A stretch of DNA of 64,000 nucleotides, from positions 321,470,001-321,534,000 of the forward strand of contig OZ024742.1 in the NCBI GenBank assembly GCA_964016885.1. The letters run 5' to 3'. Under the pieces are notes generated by a model that was not told the DNA's origin, made no database searches, and worked only from the letters and a program-made list of their open reading frames with translations. The position numbers were made by a program, and so were the translations under genes. Of the stretch, positions 30,720 to 42,318 are shown in pieces. This DNA comes from Eledone cirrhosa (Eukaryota). Every line of letters starts with the position of its first letter. Within the stretch, counting starts at the first letter, position 1.

Positions 30720-31165
30720 TGTGTGTGTGTGTGTGGAATGTTACTAGTTAAGAGTACTGGACCATAATTAATACTTTAGGAAAGTGGATATTACTATAGC
30801 ATAGAATGACCGAACGTAAACATTAAACCGTTTCGATATATATACACGCGGATATGTGGTGAGGGTATTATATATAAGGTGTATGTCCAGGTTCGATAAA
30901 TTGACGGAATTGCTCGAGCGCTCATCTCTTTTCCTCGAACTACTGAACATGAACAAACAGTAAAAGTAAAGACAGACTTTTATCAGACCTGTCAACTCTC
31001 CCCCTCCGACAGGAAGTTCTCCCATCCACTTTGGGGTAGGTGAGAGATGTCCCCTCTTGTAAAAATGGGTATAGCTTTCATTATGTAAAATTTCCCCATT
31101 TTGCCTCATTTATCCCCGTTTGGGTTTTTAGATAGTGGCATGTTGCATCCACAAGCACACACACA

Positions 31166-31234
<69 letters not shown>

Positions 31235-31449
31235 CTGTATGTGTGTGTATCTTTCGTGGGTTCACTGGCAAACATTTCATCGGGGCGTTTAGCTATTTAC
31301 AATAGCCAAAAAAATATTTTGGGCTAATTTATATATTGTGTGACCTTTGACATAATTCTCAGTCACCCCTTTAATCTGTTACTGAGTAAGAGTTATCATT
31401 TACACTGTGTTTTGGGGGGAGAATTTTTTATTCATGCTTACACAGATTG

Positions 31450-31700
31450 AAGGAAGCCGGGTGCTTAGCCCATTTCCATGTGGTGTGAAGTGAATCAGGA
31501 TAGAAAACACCCACTTCTCTGGAGGGAACGCCTGTCCATTGCACGGTTAAAGCTCCAGTTGGTAATCAGTTGCTGGTCATCATTTTCAGTTGAGTGAACT
31601 GGAGCAATGTGAAATGACCCATGTCGCCCAGGCTGGGAATTCAAGCTAACACAACCTTAGTTTCGCGAGCCCAACTCCCTAAACAAACAACTAGGCTCTG
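31450..31700 (-). mobile_element. Degraded tRNA-SINE, second family
   Basis: 'ttgagtgaactggagcaatgtgaaat' is the reverse of the core seen at 53810-53840. Confidence 0.55.
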
Positions 31701-31882
31701 GAGTAGCGATAGCATACGCCAGACGTTGTGGTGGAGAGAAACATTTTTCTATCATTTCGGTACTGTTTTTCTGGATGGCATCTAGGATGTCTGTGTATGT
31801 ATGTGAGTATGTGAGTGTGTGTGTATGTGAGTGTGTGAGTGTGTGTGTGTGAGGGTGTGTGTATGTGTGTGCGAGTGTGTGG

Positions 31883-31919
<37 letters not shown>

Positions 31920-32344
31920 GTTTTATGTTTTATGTATGCATGCATGTAATTATATATATATATAGTATAATTAAAATTTCATACATTTAACATATGTGCG
32001 CGACCTTAGGTTATGGCTATCAATGTATAGTGGAGGAGCCGTCTCAATAGTGGCACGCGCACTTGTATATGTATGTATGTCGGGTCACACACACACACAC
32101 ACACATACACCCTCACACACACAGACACACACACACACTCACACAATAAAAAGATTGCCAGTCTAGTACTGAGGTATATTTTGCCTCTATATCTCTTTCT
32201 CACTCTCCATTGCCTTCTCTGGAAGAAATCAGTTGTATTCAGACTTGGAGAGGAGATGGGCACCGCCAGATTTAAAAAGTGCCCTAGAATCGCCTTATGT
32301 GAACACGACACCCTTACGACTCCCTCAGGTGGGAGTCACGAGGC

Positions 32345-32700
32345 TAGAAGATAGATAGATAGATAGATTTCTTTATTAGCCACAAGGGCGCACAAGAAAA
32401 GGGGACAAAACAAAGACACATGTCGGGGATTTTACATACAATCGTGTAAAAATATGAAACAAACAAATATAACAATCGAAATCCCCAATAGGGGGGAGGC
32501 GCCACAAATGGGTTGTTTAATACCCCGTAGATAGACCAATTCTCATAGATATATTTCTTTATTAGCCACAGGGGCACAAAAGAAGGGGACAAATACAAAG
32601 GGGGAAGTTTACATACAATAAAAACGTGTAAAATGTTATCACAGATGGAATTTAAAAGTTAGTCGATTTTCCCCAATAGACCAATTCTCATAGATAGATA
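32345..32700 (-). mobile_element. Two tandem LINE-like 3' ends in a (GATA)n array
   Basis: Reverse reads ...cccttgtggctAATAAAgaaatctatctatc; homologous + strand copy at 33445-33660. Confidence 0.6.
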
Positions 32701-33444
32701 GATAGACAGATGAGACTAACCACCAAATATCCAGATAGATAGGCAGCTCAAAAGACAGCCATAGTTTCTAACAGAGACAGTCTATTAGACAGCAATAGTG
32801 TCTAACTATGAGACACACCCAACCGTTGTTTACACTGAAATAATCCCGTCTTAAGTTGAACACTTTCAAAACATCTTACAACCACTGTTGTTTGGTTTAG
32901 GATACTTATATATCATGTTATATATCATGTTGTAGTAGCATCAGCAGTAGCCATTGTGGATGCTGTATATATATATATATATAATTTCTTTTATATGTAT
33001 ATATATATATAATTTCTTTTATATATATATATATATATATATATGGATGCTGTATATATATATGCGTGTGTATGCATATATTCTATGTTTGAGTGTGTTT
33101 GCGTGTGTGAGCGTAGCGGTGGTGATGGTGGTGTAGGTGGTGGGGAGGGGGGTTAATCTTGTCTTTGTGTTGTTGGTGTTGTTGTAGTTAACGTTGTTAT
33201 TGCTGGTAATACTCGTGTTGTTGTTATTGCTATTATTGCTTCGGTTATTAATCCTCTTGTTATTGTTGTTGCGGTTGTTATTCGTCTTATTATTCGTATC
33301 ATCTGTCAACCTATACATCTATCCTTACATCTCAGCGAAAATGGCCCGAGTGATTGGTCCTTCTCTGTATATAAACCTGTAGGTTGAAGAAGAAAGCAAA
33401 AGGAAGAAGGGAGCACTTGCACAACACGCTCCTGAAATTAAGGG

Positions 33445-33660
33445 TTGTTCTATCGACGGGGTATTAAACAACCCATTTGTGGTGCCTCTCCCCTATTGGG
33501 GATTTCGATTGTTATAATTGTTTGTTTCAATATTTTTACACGACTGTATGTAAGATCCCCGGCATGTGTCTTTGTATTGTCCCTTTCCTTGTGCGCCCTT
33601 GTGGCTAATAAAGAAATATATCTATGTATCTATCTCTCTATCTATCTATTTATCTACGAA
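33445..33660 (+). mobile_element. LINE-like 3' end with AATAAA and (CTAT)n tail
   Basis: Reverse complement of 32345-32540 with substitutions. Confidence 0.6.
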
Positions 33661-33766
33661 TTTGCAAGACATGTCAACATGAATGGACCTGTTATTTTTA
33701 TCTAAAGACATTTTTTTTTCCAATTCAAACCCGCCCGTCCCACAATCTATCTTATTTCTCATTGTT

Positions 33767-33802
33767 TCTTCTGATAAAAGACTAGCGTCCGAAATGTTAA
33801 GA
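33767..33802 (+). ncRNA. Degenerate minimal hammerhead motif
   Basis: TCTT-CTGATAA-aaGAC tagc GTCc-GAAA-tGTT|AAGA; homologous to 37335-37370; G8>A. Confidence 0.5.
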
Positions 33803-34167
33803 CCCTCTTCCTGCTATATCGAGCGTTAACCTAATATATCCCTTCCATATACTGTAGCGATTTTGTTGTTATTTCTGTTTACGTTTTACATATATACATC
33901 AACGCTTACATGGACCTCTCAAAATTCGTTGGATTTTCTGATTGGATTTTCACCCCAAAACTGGATACCAACCCGGAGTACACCTGAACTTCCACCAGGA
34001 AATCTTTCATATCATTGAAATTTTCTTTGCTTCTTATATATATATATATATATATGGGGTAACAAGATATCGTTACAGGTAATCCAGTTAGAGGTCGTGA
34101 GTACTCTGCGTCTTGGATAGTTTTAACGTACGACTTTGTTTAACTCAACAAGTTACTCTTCATTCTT

Positions 34168-34213
<46 letters not shown>

Positions 34214-34750
34214 GATATGAAACGAAAGGAGCTGCGTGGTTACTAAAAACAAGGTTTAGGATGGTGGTTAGGACGGAACAGGAGGAGAAAGGAAGAAAGG
34301 AGTTACCATCGTCAGCTGTAAATGTTTCCCGAACCGATGTTTCGGCACTGAATTACAGGACATCGGTTTAGTTCGGGTACGCCCGAGGCCTTTTATTAAT
34401 CAAAAGGTCAGGTGGAAAAGGAAAGAGAAAGAGAGAAAAAAAGAAGAGAAAAAAGGAGAGAGAAAAGGAAAGAGAGGGAAAGGAGGAAGAACAGGGGGGG
34501 ATAAAGGGGGAAGGGGGAAAGGGGGAAATAGGAAAGGAATGGAATAGGAGAAAAAAGGTGTACAGATCCCATCGTGGGAAGACACAGGTGAAAGAAACAT
34601 GCAAAAAAGTAACCGTGGAAAAATAGGGAAAGTAAGTTGTGGCCAGCCTGGGAGACTTTAACCTGGTGGTCAGCTACGACTCAGAGCTTGTATAATCGTG
34701 CTGCCTCTCACATAGACAGGAGAAAGTGAGAGAGAGAGACACGGGCAACC

Positions 34751-34783
<33 letters not shown>

Positions 34784-35029
34784 ATGGACTCTCCCGTCGA
34801 TATCCGACGTATGAGTGTCCAACAAAAGTTAAAATGTAAGAAAGGGAACTGATGTAACTACCCACACAGAGTTTGGTTTTAAGTGGTGAAGGCTTGTGTA
34901 GGAACAACCACACTTTTTGGAACTGACGACACATATCTTCGGTGCAAATGTTTGCCACGGAAAATACGACAGCCCTCAAAAAAAATAAAATAAAATAAAA
35001 TAAAATTTAAAAAATACTACTATTTGGAT

Positions 35030-35190
35030 GACTCTGCTGAGTTCCTCCGCCCTTTGCTGGTTCTTGTGTTTCATCCCGCAGGGTGTCCAAACATTACCCT
35101 CCTCACCAAGCTAGCTTGGTGGGGTTGCCGGTTTAGTCGCCGACGACCCGACCATGAAACAGGATGTACTGGGTTTACATGTTACCAGTA
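35030..35190 (-). mobile_element. RTE-like 5' end fragment
   Basis: Reverse complement aligns with 19355-19520. Confidence 0.7.
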
Positions 35191-36019
35191 ACACTCGAGA
35201 ACGACCTGACATAATATATATAATGTGAAGTTGTGTGAATGTGTTCGCATGGCATTCTGTGTATTACAGTAAATAAACACCAATTTCCAATATATCGTTG
35301 GAAGTTCCTGTCGTTCTCCCGTCACGAAAGAAATTTTACCTTTTATTTGTAATCGATTCACTACACTACGCATTCCTAGAGTAAAGGCTATGGAGTATCT
35401 GAGAGTTGATAAAAAATGTTTTATTCCAAAATATATACAGTTTCGAATTTCATTGAACATAGTGTGTTTGGCTGTTTCAATCATGTTTATTTACTTGAGG
35501 TTCACATTTTGTAGAGAATTTGTTGTATTAAATTAAATAAAAGAAGGAAAATTGGCAGTCATCACAACGTCGGATAGAATGATTTACGGTCTTCATTCCA
35601 GCTATATGTGTAGTGACTTGGTAAAGGGACGGGCCCGTCAGGTTTAACATGGCCAAAACACGCCGTATGTTAATACTGCGCCCATACAACTTTTACCAGG
35701 AGTTATGGGTGCCCTAAGAAGAGAATTAAATTAAATAAGCCGCAAGACGAAATATATCTATACGAAGTCATATCACTTGCATGTCCGAAATATAGTATTG
35801 TCTTGTCATACATTTGTATACATTCGTTAATACACCGGGGAACACACACACTGGCAAAAATAGGGCTCACCGTAATTTCTGGTAGTTATTGGGGTGCTGT
35901 AATTACATACAGTGTCTTTTGGTCATTGTGTTTAAACTTGGTGGAGCTCATCCTCTTACCCGATCCAATTTCTTCGCAAGTAAAGAAAGAGAATGTTAGA
36001 GAGAAAGTGAGAAAAGGAT

Positions 36020-36175
36020 AGAGGAAGAATCGACCGCAGTAGTGAACAGACACATTTTTTTACAGATGAAAGGCAAAGTTGACCTTGACGGGATTTGAAC
36101 TCAGAGCGGAATACTTGAACCGGAACGAATACTGCAAAGCACTCTATCCAACGTTCTAACGACTCAGACAATTTC
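36020..36175 (-). mobile_element. tRNA-derived SINE
   Basis: 'gatgaaaggcaaagttgaccttgacgggatttgaactcag'. Confidence 0.75.
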
Positions 36176-36278
36176 CCGCGTTGTACATGCATATATATGT
36201 ATTGTGCGTGTGTGTATATTATATATATATAGAGAGAGAGATAGAGAGAGGGGGGGGTAGATAGACAAATAGACAGAC

Positions 36279-36427
<149 letters not shown>

Positions 36428-36437
36428 TGTATGTATG

Positions 36438-36513
<76 letters not shown>

Positions 36514-36523
36514 TGTATGTATG

Positions 36524-36575
<52 letters not shown>

Positions 36576-36581
36576 TGTATG

Positions 36582-36711
<130 letters not shown>

Positions 36712-37334
36712 AATATAAATTAGCGAGAATCGTTTTCAGCTCAGGAATTAACGAAAATCAACGGTCCGATATGTGTGGCAAGCGCTCGATGAATCATATG
36801 AATCAGAGCTACAACATGTTAAGGGCCAAACACACTGAGATGATGGTTAAACATATCATCCGCACAGCCAAAACAAAACGACCAAGTAATTCGGGTCAAA
36901 CAATAAAAATATATGTGTTGATACTTTCCCGGACCCTGGACTGATGGTAAAATCCAGTATTGGTTTCTGCGACTCCAAAATCAGGTACTGTCCGCCTACA
37001 TAAAGAATGTTGGGCTTCTGGTGAGATGATGAACAAGGAAGTCGTGTTATCAACGGGTTTTGCTCCAAGATGCTATAGATAGTGTGGCTATTACTGACCC
37101 CTCGTGGGATTCAGCAAGGGAGGTAACACCTCTATTAAGCGAATGATTCAGTTGTGTATTATTGCGAGAATGCAAAATATCACAAATCGAATAAAGCTCT
37201 CGACAGAATAGTTAAATATAACACAGCTATTAGAGATAGATAAATATATAAAAGGCTGACTGAATACACGTGTTTTTTCTCAAAACTTTTTTCCGTTCTT
37301 TCCTTTTCTCGCTATCTTTCTATTTCTCATTCTA

Positions 37335-37370
37335 TCTTCTGATAAAGGACTAATGTTCGAAACGTAAAGA
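37335..37370 (+). ncRNA. Minimal hammerhead motif (G8>A)
   Basis: TCTT-CTGATAA-aGGAC taat GTTC-GAAA-C-GTA|AAGA; palindromic ACGT stem III. Confidence 0.55.
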
Positions 37371-37479
37371 CTATTTTCCACTAATATATTTTTCGTTGCA
37401 CTGAATTGTTTACTTTGTTATTTCCGTTTACGATATATATATATATATATATCGTAAACGGAAATAACAAAGTAAACAA

Positions 37480-37606
37480 TACGATCGTTTCAGAGGGTCG
37501 ATCGATCGATGGAGATCGATGTATCGATTAGCATGGTAGTGGTCAAGTCACTACCTATTTCTAGTCTCCAAATCCCTGTTCAATCGGCCGTCTTCCTCAG
37601 AAATAC
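37480..37606 (-). ncRNA. Hammerhead-like motif with about 100-nt stem II insert; 3' strand of stem I missing
   Basis: gtattt-CTGAGGA-AGA...TCT-GAAA-CGATCG-TA|; palindrome ACGATCGT. Confidence 0.55.
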
Positions 37607-37825
37607 TGACTTCTGTTTTGTTCTATGCACATACACGTATATGTACACGACTCTGTAACCCGGACTGATTGTCTTCGAGGATACCTTAGGCGGTGATCAC
37701 CTACCACAGAAACTACTGGTCACACTGCCGAATCTCGCTGCAACCATCCTTACAAGGACAAATGACGTTATCAACGTTATCAGCCCCACCACAACCAGGT
37801 GTGTGTGTGTATATATATATATATA

Positions 37826-37936
37826 TAAGGACCATAACGCACCAGAGTACTCAATACTTAGGGTAGTAGAGTGGGTAATAGGAAAATGTTTAACCCCGAC
37901 GGCAGAGCTCAAGCCGTTTCGACGGGTATTTCTGGA
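37826..37936 (-). mobile_element. Family A copy
   Basis: Reverse complement of about 3515-3622. Confidence 0.9.
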
Positions 37937-37937
37937 A

Positions 37938-37973
<36 letters not shown>

Positions 37974-37983
37974 TATGAGATTC

Positions 37984-38114
37984 CTGATGATTTCTAAAGA
38001 ATGAAACAGTTCTAGTCCTGTAGAACCTCATCTATATTAAAACTTTTATACTCTGCAATGTATTGAGTACCTTACCTACTGTGGTTACCTCCGATTCAAC
38101 CCGGAATAACGTAT
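37984..38114 (+). mobile_element. Family G element with hammerhead-like core
   Basis: CTGATGA-TTTC taaa GAAT-GAAA-cagttcta-gtcctgtag; downstream gtattgagtacc; (TA)n flanks. Confidence 0.75.
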
Positions 38115-38181
<67 letters not shown>

Positions 38182-38285
38182 AAAAGTGTCAGGACCCTGA
38201 CGGCTGAGCTTCACCCGTTTCAACAACTAGATCCGAGTGCTCTGGTGCGTTATAGTCCACCTGGTATCTTACCACACTTTCTTTG

Positions 38286-38373
<88 letters not shown>

Positions 38374-38415
38374 ATATATATATATATATATATTGTTATA
38401 TATATATATATATTG

Positions 38416-38464
<49 letters not shown>

Positions 38465-38471
<7 letters not shown>

Positions 38472-38848
38472 ATGCTTTGGGAGGGTCATGTTGCCAATAA
38501 GAAACACACGCACCAGTTGCTTTCACTTCAATTTATTATAAATTAAATTTATAAATTTAGGAATTTATAAATTTCCGGTTGGCTGGTTGGTTCCACAACC
38601 AGACGATTGTTCATATATTGTCAAAGTTCTTTCGTCACACATTATGTGAAGAGGTCACAGAATGTGTGACGAAAGAACTTTGACAATATATGAACAATCG
38701 TCTGGTTGTGGAATCAACCAGCCAACCGGAAATTTATAAATTCTTAAATTTATAAATTTAATTTATAATAAATTGAAGTGAAAGCAACTGGTGCGTGTGT
38801 TTCTTATTGGCAACATGACCCCCCCCCCCCCCCAAAGCATAACAATAT
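38465..38848. repeat. Large palindrome with about 180-bp arms and a 17-nt spacer
   Basis: 38465-38643 mirrors 38661-38848 with a few mismatches. Confidence 0.97.
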
Positions 38849-38920
38849 CGGTTTCAACACACGTTTTCAGATAAAGAATCTTGCTAAACAAATTCAGAAA
38901 CGATATATATATATCATATA

Positions 38921-39785
38921 TCATTATCTATAAAAGGCAGATTGTTGTTGTTGTGTCCATGTTTATACATTTGCACAATTTCAAACCAATTCGACTTAAA
39001 GTCTGTAAGAATTATGTAAATGGTCTAACTTAGGTCAACGATTATTTATTTCATTCACACTCACCGACAATTATGGAAATAATCGATAAAACTAAATACA
39101 TGACGCTTTACCCCTCTAATAGAATCTGATTACCTCTCTCTACACCCCTTAAACTTTAAGAGAGAGAGAGAGAGAGTGAGAGAGAGAGAGAACGTTTGTT
39201 TTTGAGTGTGGAATGGTCAAATATTTATTTACTTCAATGACAAAGAGAACTTATTACATTTCATACGAAACAACAATTATTCAAAAGCAACAGATAAATT
39301 TATTCAACAACAAAAAAAAAGCGATAAATCTTTTTTAAAACATCTATCAACGAACGTGGAAGAAAGAAGTATCAGTTCATTTACTATACACAATAATATC
39401 CTCTATGTGGTCACTAAACCTGCTAGAAACAGCAGCTAACTCTCCTCCATATCACACCCCTCCCTACTGTCTTAAATTTAGAAAACACACATTAGACAAC
39501 CATGCAGGACAACTCCATCGCAGCTCTGTTGTTTGGCTGGCATCGTCTACGCGCGTGTTGTGCAAGTACTGTGAAACAATAAATTTCAACACTTCTTTGC
39601 ACAGAGATAATATCCATAGGCGAAACTACAATTGTCACTGCTGGCGCAGCTCCTGCTTCGGCAGTCCAGGTCTACAATTCATTCACCCAGTGCCTGGCAG
39701 ACAAAAAAGTGCTGCCATAAAATGGGTGGTGCAACCTAACTTTGGTAACTTACTGACCCCGAGCAACGCCGAGCTTTAATGCTAG
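38921..39785 (+). mobile_element. Non-autonomous Helitron
   Basis: 5' a|TCattatctataaaaggcaga; 3' GC-rich imperfect hairpin 'cccgagcaacgccgag' then CTAG|t; no TIR or TSD. Confidence 0.75.
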
Positions 39786-39809
39786 TATATATATATAAAA
39801 GGATAAAGA

Positions 39810-40491
39810 TCCCATAACTCCATATGGAGTCGTAGAGGCACCGTCAAACGGCGTGTCTAGGGCACATTTAAACCTGGTGGAGCCCAATCCTCTCCAGGCC
39901 TAAATACAGCCTATTTTTTTCTATTGAGGAAGAATAGACTCCAGTACTGGACTGGTACTTTTTTATCGACCTCGAAAGGATGAAAGGCAAAGTTGACCTC
40001 GGCGGGATTTGAACACTGAGCGTGCAATGAGGTGGGACGAATACCCTAAAGCAGGGGTGGGCAAACGTTTTGGATCAAGGGCCACATTGACTGGGTCATG
40101 AACACCAGAGGGCAGCACCATTTATTATTGGATACAGTGAGCCAGTAACCTCACTTTTCTTCAGTTAGAATTTAGAAAATATAAAATATAAACTGCATCA
40201 TTATAATACATAAATGATTAAATACAAAAATCTTAAAATAAAGTTTTCTTTTAATTTATGTCTGTACATCACAAAATATACCAGAACAAAGATGTAGCTA
40301 GATCTAGTGTCGGCTTAAGTATTATATACGAAAATTTGTTGTTTTTTTTTGTTTTTATAATTAATTCGCCGAATGCTTCCACGGGCCACACAAAACTCTT
40401 CGGCGGGCCGCATTTGGCTTGCGGGCTGTAGTTTACCCACCCCTGCCGTAAAGCATTCTATCCGACGTCTTAACAACTCTTCCAATTCACC
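39810..40491 (-). mobile_element. Long-tailed SINE interrupted by a hAT MITE
   Basis: SINE core at 39940-40051; head resumes at 40454-40491. Confidence 0.8.
40052..40445. mobile_element. hAT (Charlie-like) MITE
   Basis: TIRs caggggtgggcaaac / gtttacccacccctg; 8-bp TSD ccctaaag / ccgtaaag. Confidence 0.92.
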
Positions 40492-40523
40492 GTGTATGTG
40501 TGTGTGTGTATGTGTATACATAC

Positions 40524-40572
<49 letters not shown>

Positions 40573-40659
40573 CATACATACGTGTGTGTGTGTGGGCGTG
40601 TGTGTGCGTGTGTGTGTGTGTATTGATTGTTTGTCTTATTGTTTTTATTTATATATTTA

Positions 40660-40688
40660 ATCTAATATTTCTGTATATTATTTTTCAG
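40660..40688 (+). promoter_or_regulatory. 3' splice site of the giant exon
   Basis: Branch-like ctaat, T-rich tract, tttttcag|. Confidence 0.75.
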
Positions 40689-40729
40689 ACTGACGTGTTA
40701 CCCTTCTTCTTCCGCCTACCGAAGGTGAA

Positions 40730-41194
40730 ATGGCAAGCTGTATGTACCCTTGGCTATCAGCTGGTAGTTACCCGGGAATGGTGGCTGCTTCATGCCGCCG
40801 AATGAGCATCGTGCAACCGATAGGCTGCGTCGGCAAATGCAGCATTGACCGAGGCGGCAGCGGCGGCATTAGCAGCAGCAGCAGCAACCACCACAACAAT
40901 AACAACAACAATAATAAGAGTCACTACAACAACAATCACAACCATCACAACAACACCAGCAGCAACAGCAATAACAACAACAACAACAGTAATATGGGCA
41001 ACCGAGGTGTTCACTGCGGAGGCTGTGGTGGCGTTGATCGTGCTGGTGATGGTGGTGATGGTGTTGGTGTCGAAGTGAGGGGTGTAGTTGATGGTGACGG
41101 CGATGGTGAAGGCCGGGGTGATGGTGACAGCGAGGGTGGGTTTGTTTGTGGAAGCCATAGCAGGTCCCGCAAACATACAACAAACATATTCGAC

Positions 41195-41279
<85 letters not shown>

Positions 41280-42176
41280 ACCGTGTTAGCAACAACAACA
41301 ACAACAACAACAGAAACAACAGCAATAGTACTAGTAACACTAATAGTAACGTAAACAGCGACAAAAACAACACCTATAACTGCTATGAAGATATCTTTGT
41401 CGTAGCAGACGACAACAACAACAACAACAACAACAACAGCAGCAGCAACAACAACAACAACAACAGCAACAGCAACAACAACAAAAACAACAAAAGTAAC
41501 AATTACAACAACTATTACAACGGTGGCAACAACAACAACAATAGTAACAGAGGCGGCATGCAGATCGCCAACGGCAAAACAGAAGAAGGACAGGAAGATA
41601 AAGATGTGGAAATAGTAGAGGAAGGGAGATGGAAGAGGAGGGGTGGTACAATGGAAAGGGGACTGGCTCATCCCTATCTCCACCCCAACACCCGGTTCCA
41701 TTCCCTGTTCCACAACCCGCCGCCGACTTTGATCATCGGTCGGGATAGGCTACAAAGTAGCAGTAGAAACCACAACAGCACCGCCGCCATCTTGCAACGA
41801 GCCATCATCAGCCGTCGCCGCCAAACAGAGAGCAGCGACGACGCGTCGAGATCGCTGTGTGATAGCAGCAAGACGGCGCTGACGTCGGAAACGGAAAATC
41901 CAGCGCCGTGTGTAGACGTTAACGTCAAGGTCGGCGGCGTCGTTGTTGTTGGTGTTGGTGGTGGTGGTGTTGGTGGTAGTGGTGGTGGTGGTGGTGGTGG
42001 TGGTGGTGGTGGTGGTGGTGGTGGCGATAATGGCGACGTCACCAGCAACGTTGACGGTGATGTTAATGGCGGTCTTAATGAAGACAGCGTCGTCGACGTT
42101 GTTTGTAGTGGCAAACGTTTGTTGAGTTCCGCTGCTAACATCTCGACACCAACAACAACAAAGCCATCACTATCAC

Positions 42177-42209
<33 letters not shown>

Positions 42210-42244
42210 CAACGACATTCTCATTATCATCGTTATCGTCCTCG

Positions 42245-42318
<74 letters not shown>

